A stretch of DNA of 64,000 bases from an uncultured delta proteobacterium (GCA_963767925.1 CAVYGB010000008.1:3200001-3264000); one strand, 5' to 3'. Counted from the stretch's first letter, positions 9,434 to 19,730 are shown. A program made the numbers and translations. The notes: generated from the sequence alone by a model not told the origin.

Positions 9434-10704
9434 CTGGCCCAGGCCATCAGCACGGCGACAACGCCGCCCACCAGCGACATGAAGCTCAACCCGAAGAAGG
9501 TATACGCTCGGAACGAGCCGGCCCCGGTTACCACCGCCACAAGCGACTTGAACAGGTTGTTGCTGGCGCAGGCGATGACGATCCCGCCGGTGGCCTGGGC
9601 GATGGTCTCGGGGCGAGCGCCCCGGGCCAGCGCGATCGAGACGGCGTCGACGTCGATGAAGCCCGACAGCAGGGCGGCGATCAGGGTGCCGTTGCTCCCG
9701 AAGGCGGCCTCGCAAGCGCGCACCAGCAGCAGGGCGCCCGCGAAGACCGCCCCGAAGGCGATGGCCGAGCGCAGGCTGAAGGGGTTGTTCAACGTCTTCT
9801 TCGGCTCGCGAGGGGCCGCGCTCTCCGGGTTCCCGCCCGTGCCCCGCCGGAGCAGCAGCGACAGGATCACGCCGGTCACCGCCATGGCCCCCACCGCCGG
9901 GGCCACCCCCGGCAGGAGCATGGGACCGGCCGCCGCCACCAGCACCAGCAGGCGGCCGCACATCACGCTGGTGCCGAGGAGCGCCCCGGCGGCGATGGCC
10001 CGCCCGGCCTCCGGCGCCTCGCGCGAGCGCTCGGCCATCGCCATCGTGACCGCGGTGCTCGAGACCAGGCCGCCGAGGCCGGCGGCCCAGAACAGCCCGC
10101 CGTGTTCGCCTCGCCAGCGAACGGCGATGAAGCCGGCGAAGGAGACCGCCGAGACCAGCACCACCACCATCCAGATCCGGAAGGGGTTGAGCACGCCCCA
10201 GGGGCCGTAGCCGTGATCGGGGACCAGCGGCAGCACGATGGCCGAGATCACCGCCAGCTCGAGCACCGCCGAGATCTCCGGCTCGCTGAGGGCGCGGGAC
10301 AGCCGCTCGAGGCTGGGCTTGACCGCCAGCAGGACCGCCACCGCCACCCCCGCCGCGCCCGCCACCACGAGCTGGCCGACGCCCGCCATGGCTCCCAGGG
10401 CGAAGGCCCCCAGCGCCGCCACCTCGGTCGTGGCGCCCATGTCCCCCTCCCCCGCCCCGCGCGCGTAGGAGACCAGGGAGATCCCGGCGATGGCCAGGAA
10501 CCCGGCCAGCAGCGGCCAGGGGCCGAGCTCGCTGCGCAGCAGGGTGAGGGCCGCGCCCAGCAGGGCGATGAGGGGGAAGGTGCGGATGCCGGCGAAGAGC
10601 TGGCGCTGCTTGCGCACCTCCGCCCGCTCCCGATCGAGGCCGATCAACAGGCCCACCAGCAGCGCCACCGCCAGGCTCTGCAGCGACTCGGAGGTGGTGG
10701 GCAT
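9430..10704 (-). CDS. MgtC/SapB-family membrane protein with DUF4010 domain
   Basis: ALLVGLLIGLDRE...FAGIRTFPLI, GATTEVA, LNPFRIW, GGLVSSTAVT, SGFIDVDA. Confidence 0.88.
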   Translation of the reverse strand: MPTTSESLQSLAVALLVGLLIGLDRERAEVRKQRQLFAGIRTFPLIALLGAALTLLRSELGPWPLLAGFLAIAGISLVSYARGAGEGDMGATTEVAALGAFALGAMAGVGQLVVAGAAGVAVAVLLAVKPSLERLSRALSEPEISAVLELAVISAIVLPLVPDHGYGPWGVLNPFRIWMVVVLVSAVSFAGFIAVRWRGEHGGLFWAAGLGGLVSSTAVTMAMAERSREAPEAGRAIAAGALLGTSVMCGRLLVLVAAAGPMLLPGVAPAVGAMAVTGVILSLLLRRGTGGNPESAAPREPKKTLNNPFSLRSAIAFGAVFAGALLLVRACEAAFGSNGTLIAALLSGFIDVDAVSIALARGARPETIAQATGGIVIACASNNLFKSLVAVVTGAGSFRAYTFFGLSFMSLVGGVVAVLMAWAS

Positions 10705-11699
10705 CAGGCCTCCGGGTGCCCGGGCCGATCGAGGCGACCGCCGGCGTAGCGTTCGCGCACGAGGTAGGTCGAGACGTTCGAGGCCTCGTGGTAGGTGCGC
10801 ATCGTGATCTCGGCCAGCACCCCCAGCAGGATCGAGATGCCGCCGATGAGGAAAAACATCACCACCAGCAGGGGCAAAGGCGTCTCCACGAAGGTCTTGC
10901 CCCCCCAGAACTTGAACCAGATCATCGCCCCGAACAGCACCAGCGAGGAAAACAGGCTGAACAGGCCGAACTTGCCGAACACGTGCATCGGCTTGGTCCC
11001 ATATTTCCAGAGGAACTGCACCAGCAGCAGATCGAGCAGCACGTTGGGGACGCGGCCCAGCCCGTATTTGCTGCGCCCGTGGCGGCGGGGGTTGTGGCCC
11101 ACCACCAGCTCGGCCACCCGGGCGCCCCGCTGGGCGGCGTAGATGGGGATCAACCGGTGCATCTCGCCATAAAGCCGGATCCCGCTCAGCACCTCGCGCC
11201 GGTAGGCCTTGAGGGTGCAGCCGAAGTCGTGAAGGCGGACGCCCGAGACCCGGGAGATGAGCCAGTTGGCCAGCCAGGAGGGCAGCCGCCGCGACAGGGC
11301 CCGGTCCTGGCGCTGCCGGCGCCAGCCCGAGACGACGTCGTAGCCCTCGTCGAGCTTGTCGAGCAGGCCGGGCAGGTCGGCCGGGTCGTTCTGCAGGTCG
11401 GCGTCGAGGGCGATCACCACCTCACCCCGGGCCGCCTCGAAGCCGGCCTGCATGGCCGCGGTCTGCCCGAAGTTGCGCACCAGGCGCAGGACCCGCAGGT
11501 AGGGGCGCCCGCCTGTCGCTTCACGCAGCAGGGCGGCCGAGCCGTCGGTGCTGCCGTCGTCCACCACGATCATCTCCACCTCCAGCCCCCGGCCTTGCAG
11601 CGTGGGGATCACCTTGTCGACGGCAGCCAGCAGGTCGGGAAGGGACTCCGCCTCGTTGAAGGCCGAGGCCACCAGGCTCACCGAGCGACGCTCGCCCAT
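10704..11699 (-). CDS. GT2 glycosyltransferase (ArnC/DPM1-like polyprenol-phosphate type)
   Basis: VDDGSTDGS, RNFGQTAAMQAG, LDADLQNDP, DFGCTLKAYRR, two C-terminal TM helices. Confidence 0.9.
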   Translation of the reverse strand: MGERRSVSLVASAFNEAESLPDLLAAVDKVIPTLQGRGLEVEMIVVDDGSTDGSAALLREATGGRPYLRVLRLVRNFGQTAAMQAGFEAARGEVVIALDADLQNDPADLPGLLDKLDEGYDVVSGWRRQRQDRALSRRLPSWLANWLISRVSGVRLHDFGCTLKAYRREVLSGIRLYGEMHRLIPIYAAQRGARVAELVVGHNPRRHGRSKYGLGRVPNVLLDLLLVQFLWKYGTKPMHVFGKFGLFSLFSSLVLFGAMIWFKFWGGKTFVETPLPLLVVMFFLIGGISILLGVLAEITMRTYHEASNVSTYLVRERYAGGRLDRPGHPEA

Positions 11700-11714
11700 G
11701 TTGCTGGACGATAC

Positions 11715-12695
11715 CTACCACCGACGGTCGAAACGAAGCTCTTTCTTGTAGACGATGCGGATGGGGTGGCAAAAGGGCCGGGGCGATCCGCTCACCAGGC
11801 GCGGGCGATAGCGCCAGGAGCGGATCGCATTGATCAGGAAGCCGTCGGTGTCGTTGCCCGCGCTCTGGCGAACCACGACGTCGTTCACCGTGCCCCGCTC
11901 GGTGACGCAGACCTCGACCATCACCGTGTTGGTGGTCTTGCCCGGAGGCCAGCAGACCTCGGGCAGGGAGGGGAAGCTCTCGTAGGTGCGCAGGTAGGCC
12001 GCGTAATCCATCGAGACGCGAGAGGGCCGGCCGGGCAGCGGCACGCCCACCACCTGGACGTCGTCGGTTCCGAAGGCCTCCTCGAGCGACGCGGTCCCCT
12101 CGTCCTCCACGACCTTCGGCTCCTTCGGGCGGGACTTGGTGCGGGGCTCGCGCGCGGCCAGCACGCCCTCCCCGCCCGGCCCATGCCCGTCGCCGCCCGG
12201 TCCCCCGCTGCCGATCCCGGTGCCGTCGCCCGAGACCCCGCCCAGGCCGTTGCCGCCGGGACCGTGGTGGGCGGCGTCGTCCTCGACGTGCTCCTCGGGA
12301 CCGATGGCGGTCGGCTTGACCGCCAGCACGGTCTGCGACTTGCTCTCGCTCGGCAGGGCCAGCGGCCGGCGGGAGCGCCGCTTGACCGGGCCGGAGGCAC
12401 CCCGCCGCTCGCGGCCCGAGCCGCCGGCGGTGGCCGATCCCCCACCCGAGCCCGGGGCGGAGAGCCCCGGGAAATACGAGTCCATGTGCACCGGCACCCG
12501 GTACAGCAGGGCCTCCTTCTGGGGGCTGGCCAGGTCGTAGCTTCCGCCTCCCAGCAGCAGGGCCTGGGTCAGCCAGCTCACAACGAAGGCGGTGGCCGGC
12601 GGCGCGTGCACGCTCAACGACACGAAGTAGCCAAAGATGCGCAGGCCGAGTGGCCTCGCCCGCGTGTCGTTTAGGAACGCCTGGAACGGCAACAT
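11715..12695 (-). CDS. TonB-like protein (N-terminal TM, Gly-rich linker, TonB C-terminal domain)
   Basis: Start inferred at MLPFQAFL (12695); C-terminal VEVCVTERGTVNDVVV...AIRSWRYRP. Confidence 0.65.
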   Translation of the reverse strand: MLPFQAFLNDTRARPLGLRIFGYFVSLSVHAPPATAFVVSWLTQALLLGGGSYDLASPQKEALLYRVPVHMDSYFPGLSAPGSGGGSATAGGSGRERRGASGPVKRRSRRPLALPSESKSQTVLAVKPTAIGPEEHVEDDAAHHGPGGNGLGGVSGDGTGIGSGGPGGDGHGPGGEGVLAAREPRTKSRPKEPKVVEDEGTASLEEAFGTDDVQVVGVPLPGRPSRVSMDYAAYLRTYESFPSLPEVCWPPGKTTNTVMVEVCVTERGTVNDVVVRQSAGNDTDGFLINAIRSWRYRPRLVSGSPRPFCHPIRIVYKKELRFDRRW

Positions 12696-12856
12696 CTGGT
12701 CCCGATGGTCCCAACGCGCGGCCCGCAGATGGGGTTTCGATTCTACACCTCGGTCCCGGAAAAGCGCCGCGACTTGTGGCGATCTCGAATCCAATTCGTT
12801 GCCTCCCAGGTCGCCCCCCGCCCGATGAAGCCCTGCGGCATGCAGCCGCTGCCGCC

Positions 12857-14521
12857 TCAGCGAGCGAACATCGACTCGATGGGACGGACGGTGGTGGCGT
12901 CGGCCGACACGGCGAGCGGGAGGCGCTCGATGATCGCGTCTTCGCGGAGGATCTCCGGCGGCGTCCCGGCGGTGTCGTACACGATGGGGCTGGGCCCGCC
13001 GGCGAGCAGCCGGTCCCGGACCTCCCCGGCGCGCGACGTGACCAGCGCTGCCGCCCATTGGCGCGCCGACAGGTGCTTGCGCACGGCGCGGTCGACGTCC
13101 GCCTTCTTCATCTTCGGCAGTCGGCGGGCCAGCTCGGCGATCAGCTCCTTGCCGTAGACGAGGCCGTCGATGGCGTAGCCCAGGCGGCGGGAGGCGTCCT
13201 GGGTCCACAGCTTCGAGTAGTTGAGCAGGAACCGCCGGGTCTCCTCGAAGGCCTGCTCCGGGATCCCCTCGCGCAGCAGCCGCTCGGTCTCGAAGAGGGC
13301 CTGGCGGAGGGCGAAGATCGCGTTGTCCGGCTGGACCGGGCGGATCCAGATCTCGAAGTGCTGCTGGCGGCGGGGCACGTTGGGCACGGGAAAGGTGGAC
13401 CAGCCGTCCTGGATGAAGTTCTCCACGTAGGCGTAGTCGCCGTAGTTCAGGCCCCGCAGGCCCCGCATCCGCTGCATGAGGACCCCGTTGAAGGTCCGGT
13501 GCTCGCCCAGGTAGGAGCGGGCCACCGTGAGCGGATAGAAGTCGGGGTCGGCCCGGGTGATGGCGAGGGGATGGCCGATCGAGATGGCGGTGGCGGCCGC
13601 GTCCTTCTCCACCAGCAGCACCTCCGGGCCCGAACGGGTGGGCGGCGGCGGCAGGTCGGGGAGCGCCGGATCGCCGGCCGGGAGCCGGGCCAGGCGTCGC
13701 AGGAAGCGCCCGGGGAAATCGCGGGGAAAGCCGCCGGCGATCCCGACGATCAGGCGGCCGCGGGTGAAGTGCTGCCGGTAGAAGGCCTGCACGTCGGGCA
13801 GGGTGATGGCCGCCAGGCCCGCCTCGGTCCCCTCGGGCGGATGGCCGTAGGGGTGGCCGCGGTACAGGACGGCGGCGAGCGCCTCCTTGCCGAGGGCCTC
13901 GTCGTCGTTGCCGCGCAGGCTCTTGCCGATGTGGTCGAGGGCGACCTGGTGGTTGCGCTGGAAGTCGTCCCGGGAGAACCGCGGCTCGAGGATCTGGTCG
14001 GCCAGGAGCTCGGCGAACCGCTCGAGGTTGTCCCGGTGGATCATCCCCTGGAACACCACCGAGTCGCGGTCGCCGTAAAAGCCGATCCGGGCCGCCAGCG
14101 GGTAGAGCGCCTCGAGCAGCTCGGCGTAGCTGCGCGCGCGGGAGCCGCCCTGGCCCAGCATCGCCGCGGTGAGGGCCGCCAGCCCCTCCTGGCCCGGCGG
14201 ATCGAGGGCCGAGCCCACCGGAAAGTAGAGGCGCAGGGCCACCAGGGGGTTGTTCCGGGAGGGCAGGAGCACGGTGCGGATCGCCTGCCCCGGCTGGCGG
14301 GCGCCGCGGGCCCGGGCGGCGATCTTGCCGCCCGCCCTGCCGGTCGGGCGGGCAGCGCGCTTCGCCTTCGCCGTGGGCTGCTTCTTTGCCTTCAGCGGGG
14401 CCGGCTTCTTCCCCTTGGCCTTCGCTTTCGGCGCGGCTCGCCTCTTCGCCTTGGGCGGGGCCTTCCCCTTCTTGGTCCTGGCCGCTGGCTTCGCCACCTT
14501 GGTGGGTCGCCGGGCGCTCAC
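12857..14521 (-). CDS. M16 peptidase, non-catalytic subunit, with Lys/Ala-rich N-terminal tail
   Basis: GSALDPPGQEGLAALTAAML (no HxxEH), RMRGLRGLNYGDYAY. Confidence 0.85.
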   Translation of the reverse strand: MSARRPTKVAKPAARTKKGKAPPKAKRRAAPKAKAKGKKPAPLKAKKQPTAKAKRAARPTGRAGGKIAARARGARQPGQAIRTVLLPSRNNPLVALRLYFPVGSALDPPGQEGLAALTAAMLGQGGSRARSYAELLEALYPLAARIGFYGDRDSVVFQGMIHRDNLERFAELLADQILEPRFSRDDFQRNHQVALDHIGKSLRGNDDEALGKEALAAVLYRGHPYGHPPEGTEAGLAAITLPDVQAFYRQHFTRGRLIVGIAGGFPRDFPGRFLRRLARLPAGDPALPDLPPPPTRSGPEVLLVEKDAAATAISIGHPLAITRADPDFYPLTVARSYLGEHRTFNGVLMQRMRGLRGLNYGDYAYVENFIQDGWSTFPVPNVPRRQQHFEIWIRPVQPDNAIFALRQALFETERLLREGIPEQAFEETRRFLLNYSKLWTQDASRRLGYAIDGLVYGKELIAELARRLPKMKKADVDRAVRKHLSARQWAAALVTSRAGEVRDRLLAGGPSPIVYDTAGTPPEILREDAIIERLPLAVSADATTVRPIESMFAR

Positions 14522-15858
14522 GAGGGCCGCCCCGCGAGGGTGACGAGGGTGCGGTTGTCCGGAACGAAGTAGGTGCGGGCCACCCGCCGCACGTCCTCCG
14601 CGGTCACCCGGGGGTACTGGGCGTGGTAGGCGTTGACCGAGGGGAGGTCGCCGGCGAGCGCGATGAAGTGCGCCCCGATGCCAGCCACCTTGTCGGCGGT
14701 GGTCAGGCCGTGGGCGAAGGAGTAGCGGATGCTGGACAGCACCTCTTGCAGCGTGCGGTCGTCCACCCCCTCCTCGGCGATGCGGGCGATCTCTCCGTCG
14801 ATCGCCGCCTCCACCTCGGGCAAGTGCTCGGGGCGCCTGACCCGGGCCAGCACGGAGAAGAGGTTGGGGTCGACGTGCAGGTCGTTCGAGCCCGAGAGGC
14901 TGTCGACCTTCTGCTCGTCGATCACCAGGCGCCGGAACAGCGGCGCCCGCTCGGAGAAGAGCAGCTCGGCCAGCACGTCGAGCGCCTGCAGGTCGAGGTT
15001 GCTGGTGGAGAAGGCGGGCGTGTGCCAGCCCTCGAGCAGCAGGGGCAAGGTGGGACCGGGCCAGTCCAGGGTCACCCGCTTCTCCTCGGTCTGGGGCGGC
15101 TCGACCGGGATGACCGGCCGCTCGGGGCCGGCGCCCCAGTCGCCGTAACCCTGCTCGACAAGCGGCCGCACCTCGTCCATCGTCGTGTCGCCCACCGCCA
15201 GCAGCACGACGTTGTCGGGGCGGTAGTAGCGATCGAAGAACTGCCGGGAGAAGTCGAACTGGTTGGGCATGTCGACGATGTCCCGGAGAAACCCCATGGT
15301 CGTGTGCTGGTAGGGGTGGGTGGAGAAGGCGTTTTCCATCAGGGCCTCGAACAGCTTCTGCAGGGGGTTGGAGGCGCCCTTGTTGTATTCGCCCAGCACC
15401 GCCCGGGCCTCCTTCTGGAACTCCGGCTCGCGGTAGGCCAGGTGGCGGAAGCGGTCGGCCTCCAGCTCGACGATGCGGGGCAGGGCCGTCTTGCCGGCGA
15501 GGATGTGGTACACGGTCAGATCGTTCGAGGTGAAGGCGTTCGAGTCGGCCCCCATCTTCTTGATCTCGTCGTTGTACGCCTCCTGCGAGTAGCGCTCGGT
15601 CCCCCGGAACATCATGTGCTCGAAGAAGTGGGCGAACCCGGACTTGCCCGGCTCGACCTCGTTCCGGCTGCCGGTGCGGACGACCGAATAGAAGGCCACC
15701 AGCCCGGGCGAATCGAAGGGCACGACGTAGACGCGCAGGCCGCTGGCCAGCGCCTCCTCGTGCACGGGAAACGGGAAAGCGGCGGCGCTGGCCGGGGCCG
15801 CGGCTGACGTCGCCCGCGGCCGGCGCTGCGGGGGAACCTTCTTGCGGGAGCTCTTCAT
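14518..15858 (-). CDS. M16 zinc peptidase, catalytic subunit
   Basis: GSRNEVEPGKSGFAHFFEHMMFRGT (HxxEH), NAFTS. Confidence 0.92.
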   Translation of the reverse strand: MKSSRKKVPPQRRPRATSAAAPASAAAFPFPVHEEALASGLRVYVVPFDSPGLVAFYSVVRTGSRNEVEPGKSGFAHFFEHMMFRGTERYSQEAYNDEIKKMGADSNAFTSNDLTVYHILAGKTALPRIVELEADRFRHLAYREPEFQKEARAVLGEYNKGASNPLQKLFEALMENAFSTHPYQHTTMGFLRDIVDMPNQFDFSRQFFDRYYRPDNVVLLAVGDTTMDEVRPLVEQGYGDWGAGPERPVIPVEPPQTEEKRVTLDWPGPTLPLLLEGWHTPAFSTSNLDLQALDVLAELLFSERAPLFRRLVIDEQKVDSLSGSNDLHVDPNLFSVLARVRRPEHLPEVEAAIDGEIARIAEEGVDDRTLQEVLSSIRYSFAHGLTTADKVAGIGAHFIALAGDLPSVNAYHAQYPRVTAEDVRRVARTYFVPDNRTLVTLAGRPS

Positions 15859-15936
15859 GGCGGGCCCCGCATCTTAGCGGAGCCGCCCGCGCCCTCCGAC
15901 GGAGAAAGGCGCTCGCTCAACCGGGGACCGGCGGGG

Positions 15937-16545
15937 TCAGCGCCGGACGGGCTTGACGGTGCGGGGCTTCTCGCGCAGGTAGCCCGGGAGGGTGATCCCG
16001 CTCTTGTCGCCGTCGTCCTTGCCGTCTTTGCCCTCGATCTTGGCCTCGAGCTTGGCCCCGTCCTTGGGCGCCAGGAGCACCGGCCGGCGGCGCGGCTGCT
16101 GGCGCGCGCGCACGCGGTGGCCGCTGCGCGGATCGATCGACTCCACCCACACGCCCCCTTCACCGGCCGGGAACTCGCCGGCGCGCGGGAGCATCGAGGC
16201 CTCGAGGAAGTCGTCGACCAGGGCGGCGGCGTCGGCGAAGGCCGGGCGCCAGTCGTCTTCCTGGGTGAAGCGGAGGCGGATGGCGTCGGCCTCGGCGGCG
16301 AAGTGCGACCGCCACAGCACGACCGCCCGGTCCCGCAGGTCGGCGCGCGTGCGCACCTCGGGGATGAAGCGCGCGAGCACCTGCCGCTCCGTCAGCCGCA
16401 AGGTGTACGCGGGGGGGCGATCGCCGCCGCTGGCCGCGTGGGCCGCGGCGACCACGGCCTGTCCCTGCGCTCGGGCTGCCTGCAACGGGCCCACGAAGAC
16501 GGCCACGCCAACCAACCCACCCAGGCAAAGGTAAGGGTGTCGCAT
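15937..16545 (-). CDS. Hypothetical exported protein
   Basis: Signal-peptide-like MRHPYLCLGGLVGVAVFVGPLQAARA; GC3-rich codons. Confidence 0.6.
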   Translation of the reverse strand: MRHPYLCLGGLVGVAVFVGPLQAARAQGQAVVAAAHAASGGDRPPAYTLRLTERQVLARFIPEVRTRADLRDRAVVLWRSHFAAEADAIRLRFTQEDDWRPAFADAAALVDDFLEASMLPRAGEFPAGEGGVWVESIDPRSGHRVRARQQPRRRPVLLAPKDGAKLEAKIEGKDGKDDGDKSGITLPGYLREKPRTVKPVRR

Positions 16546-16674
16546 GGGTCCAATTGTACCCCCGCCTCCGGCCGATCGACAAAGATCTAAACGCAGTGCG
16601 ATGGACACGTACCGGTGCGGAGAGTGACCCTGGTCGCGTCGTGCCGAGGGTCGCTACTGAGGCCTGTTTCGGCT

Positions 16675-17109
16675 TTATTTCGAGGTTTTCGAGTTCTTGC
16701 CGCGCCTGGCTCGGGCGGCCTTCGTCGGGGGCGGGCCGCCGGCGCCGCTGGCCTCCTGGGCGCGGGCCCGGGCGCGGGCCAGGACGTCGTCCCAGTCCAT
16801 TTCCCCGGGGGTCAGCGCCCGGCGGGTCGGCTCGGAGGGCGGAGCGGCCGGCAGCTCCGAGGCGGGCGGCTTGAGCGGCTCGGAGGTGGGGCCGAGGATG
16901 ATGATCCCGCTGTCGGTGATGACGATGCCACTCTCGGATTCGGCCCAGGCGTCGGCGGGCAGGGGCGGCGGCGTGGGCGAGTCGTCCAGCGCGCGGAGTC
17001 CGGTCCCGACCAGGGGAGAGGCGGGAAGCGGCAGCACGTGGCCAGCCTGCGGAGCCGCCAGGTCGCTCTGCCGCCTCCACCGCAGCCGCGCGAACAGCTT
17101 CTCCAACAT
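16675..17109 (-). CDS. Hypothetical Pro-rich protein
   Basis: AGGAGG RBS upstream of ATG 17109; EMDWDDVLARARARA motif. Confidence 0.55.
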   Translation of the reverse strand: MLEKLFARLRWRRQSDLAAPQAGHVLPLPASPLVGTGLRALDDSPTPPPLPADAWAESESGIVITDSGIIILGPTSEPLKPPASELPAAPPSEPTRRALTPGEMDWDDVLARARARAQEASGAGGPPPTKAARARRGKNSKTSK

Positions 17110-17231
17110 GGTAGGGGGCCTCCTGCTGACTAGACGTTTACCGGATCCAAGTTAGCACCGCCTGCGAAAAAGAGTAGCCATCCGGGGCACCCACAGCGGG
17201 CCGGCCGGCGCACCCGACGGCCGTTCGGCCG

Positions 17232-18395
17232 TCATTCGAGCGCGCCCGAGCCGGTGATCTCGCGGCCGACGATGAGGGTGTGGATGTCGTGCGTCCCCTC
17301 GTAGGTGTCGACGGTCTCGAGGTTGAGCATGTGGCGAATGGCGTGGTGCTCGAGCGAGACGCCCGCCGCGCCCAGGATCTCCCGGGCCGCGCGCGCCGCG
17401 GTCAGCGCCGCCCGGACGTTGTCCCGCTTGGCCAGGCTGACCTGGGTGGGCCGGAGCGTACCTTCGTCCTTGAGCCGCCCCAGCCGCCAGGCGACGAGCA
17501 ACCCGCGGGTGTGATCCGAGACCATCCGGACCAGCTTGTCCTGCACGAGTTGACGGGCCGCGATGGGCCGCCCGAACGTGGTTCGACCACGCGCGAAGTC
17601 GAGGGCCTCGGTATATACGGCCTCCAGCGCGCCGAGCGCGCCCCAGGCGATGCCGTAGCGGGCCTGGGTCAGGCAAGCCAGCGCCGTCTTGAGCCCCACC
17701 GCACCCGGCAGGACCGCGTCGGCCGGCAAGTGGACGTCCTCGAGCAGCAGCTCGCTGGTCACCGAGGCGCGCAGGCTGACCTTGCGCTCGATCTCGCGGG
17801 CGGAGAAGCCCCGGGTGTCCCGGGGGACCAGGAACCCGCGGATCTGCCCGGCGTCGTCCTTGGCCCAGATCACGGCGACGTCGGCGATGCCGCCGTTGGT
17901 GATCCAGAGCTTGTTGCCCGAGAGCACCCAGCCGTCGCCGTCGCGGCGGGCCCGGGTCTTCATGTTGCCTTCCGGATCGCTGCCGCCGTCGCTCTCGGTG
18001 AGCCCGAAGCAGCCGACCAGGCGGCCCCGCCCCAGCTCGGGCAGGTAGCGGCGCTGCTGCTCGGGCGAGCCATAGCGGGCGATGGGGTACATCACCAGCG
18101 AGGACTGCACGCTGGCGAAGCTGCGCAGGCCCGAGTCGATCCGCTCGAGCTCGTACATGACGAGGCCGTAGGCGACGTTCGAGACGCCCGCTCCGCCCTG
18201 CTCGACCGGGAGGCTGGCCCCCAGCATGCCCTGCGACCCGAGGCCGGTGACGAGGTGGCGGGGAAACTCCCCTTTTTCCCAGGCCTGGCGGATCCCCGGC
18301 AGCGCCTCGGCCTCGAGGAAGGCCCGGCTGGCCCGCTGGATCTCGCGCTCCTCGGGGCGAAAGAGATCGGCCACGCCGAGAAAGTCGAGCGTCAT
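17232..18395 (-). CDS. Acyl-CoA dehydrogenase (glutaryl-CoA dehydrogenase-like)
   Basis: ELERIDSGLRSFASVQSSLVM, GCFGLTE, GNKLWITNG, TYEGTHDIH. Confidence 0.9.
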   Translation of the reverse strand: MTLDFLGVADLFRPEEREIQRASRAFLEAEALPGIRQAWEKGEFPRHLVTGLGSQGMLGASLPVEQGGAGVSNVAYGLVMYELERIDSGLRSFASVQSSLVMYPIARYGSPEQQRRYLPELGRGRLVGCFGLTESDGGSDPEGNMKTRARRDGDGWVLSGNKLWITNGGIADVAVIWAKDDAGQIRGFLVPRDTRGFSAREIERKVSLRASVTSELLLEDVHLPADAVLPGAVGLKTALACLTQARYGIAWGALGALEAVYTEALDFARGRTTFGRPIAARQLVQDKLVRMVSDHTRGLLVAWRLGRLKDEGTLRPTQVSLAKRDNVRAALTAARAAREILGAAGVSLEHHAIRHMLNLETVDTYEGTHDIHTLIVGREITGSGALE

Positions 18396-18408
18396 GACAG
18401 AGCCTCCG

Positions 18409-19653
18409 TCAGGTGTGCGAGAGGCGGCGGCCCCGCAGGCGCACGCCGGCGTGAAGGGCCAGGCCGGCGGCCAGGCCGAGCCAGAGCGGCAGGAAGAAGG
18501 CGATGAGGGGGCCGTTGTCCTGACTGAACAGCCCCACCGCCTTGCCGATCAGGCCGAGCAACGAAGCGGCCGCCGCGGCGGCGGCGAGGAAATAGGCCCT
18601 GCGGGCCCCGGCCGCCCGGCCGCGGGCGACCTGCACGCCGTAGCCGGCCAGCAGCAGCGCCCAGGGAGCCGTCTGCAAGATGTTCGCGTTGGCGTGGGTG
18701 GCCCGGTGATCGGTCACCGCCCAGAGGAAGACGAGCACGGTCCCGAGCAGGCCCAGCACGAGCCCCAGGACGGCGCTGACGCCCCCGAGGCCGAGGCGGG
18801 CCCAGCGCTGGCTGCGGGCCAGCCAGCCGAGCACGACCGCGAGACCGCCCGCGAGGACGCCGGCCAGCAGGAAGTAGCCCAGGCGCTGGGGCGGGGTGGC
18901 CGGCAGATCGGCGCGGGTGGATCGATAGACCACCCGCTCGGACTTGACCAGCGGCAGCCCGGCGCCGTCCGCTCCCGGGGGCAGGATCACCTGGCGGAGC
19001 TGATCGCGGAGCTCCATGGGCACGAACCCCTCTTCCCAGAGGGTCATGGGCCGGTCGGCCACCTGCCCGAGGGCGTAGTAGAGGGCGAGGTACAGCCAGG
19101 GCGCGTCGGCGGTGAGGGCCAGGGCGTGGCTGCGGTAGGTGCTGGCGGTGGGCGTACGGGTGGCGGCCCGCAGGCGACCGCCGGTGCTGGCGTCGATGGC
19201 GTCGCGCACCCGGGTCGAGCAGTTGTCGTAGAAGTAGTCGTAGAGGTAATAGCGGTTCTGGGGGAGGGCGTTGTGCTCGAGCCGCTGGTACAGCGCCCAG
19301 CGCTGGGCGGGCGTCAGGTTCAGCTCCTGCAGCTCGACCGTGCGGTTCTCCTCGACGTAGTGGGCGATGGTGGCGTCGCGCTCGGTGCGCGCGAGCCAGT
19401 ACATGTAGCGGCCCAGCAGGAACTTCGGCAGCAGCGCGGGCGAGCCGAAGTTGAACATGCCGAAGTTGTAGATGATGTTCCGCCCCTCGGCGTTTTCGAC
19501 CAGGATGGCGTTGTGCCCGAACTTGTAAAACGGGTGTAGCCCCGCGCCGAAGGTGATCATCGAGACGCGAAGATCCTCGCCGGATCCCTGGGCCAGCGCC
19601 GGTTCCGGGGAGGAGGCGGCGAAGAAGGCGGCAAGGGAGACGGCGGCGAGCAA
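18409..19653 (-). CDS. DUF4105 (Lnb-like) membrane protein
   Basis: FGHNAI, YNFGMFNF, YLYDYFYDNCSTRVRD, then four TM helices. Confidence 0.8.
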   Translation of the reverse strand: MLAAVSLAAFFAASSPEPALAQGSGEDLRVSMITFGAGLHPFYKFGHNAILVENAEGRNIIYNFGMFNFGSPALLPKFLLGRYMYWLARTERDATIAHYVEENRTVELQELNLTPAQRWALYQRLEHNALPQNRYYLYDYFYDNCSTRVRDAIDASTGGRLRAATRTPTASTYRSHALALTADAPWLYLALYYALGQVADRPMTLWEEGFVPMELRDQLRQVILPPGADGAGLPLVKSERVVYRSTRADLPATPPQRLGYFLLAGVLAGGLAVVLGWLARSQRWARLGLGGVSAVLGLVLGLLGTVLVFLWAVTDHRATHANANILQTAPWALLLAGYGVQVARGRAAGARRAYFLAAAAAAASLLGLIGKAVGLFSQDNGPLIAFFLPLWLGLAAGLALHAGVRLRGRRLSHT

Positions 19654-19730
19654 CGAAGCGCGAGAGGCGGTACGCAGAGCCCGTTCAGGCTGATTGGCTT
19701 GCCCGCCCCTGTCAAGACCAGCGTTGCCGG

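Noticed and set aside
9285..9482. Near-identical small ORFs MKxCICRRGIFVPGKARGG (also 21525-21785)
   Set aside because: They are translations of the two MITE copies and diverge outside the element; no evidence of a real protein.
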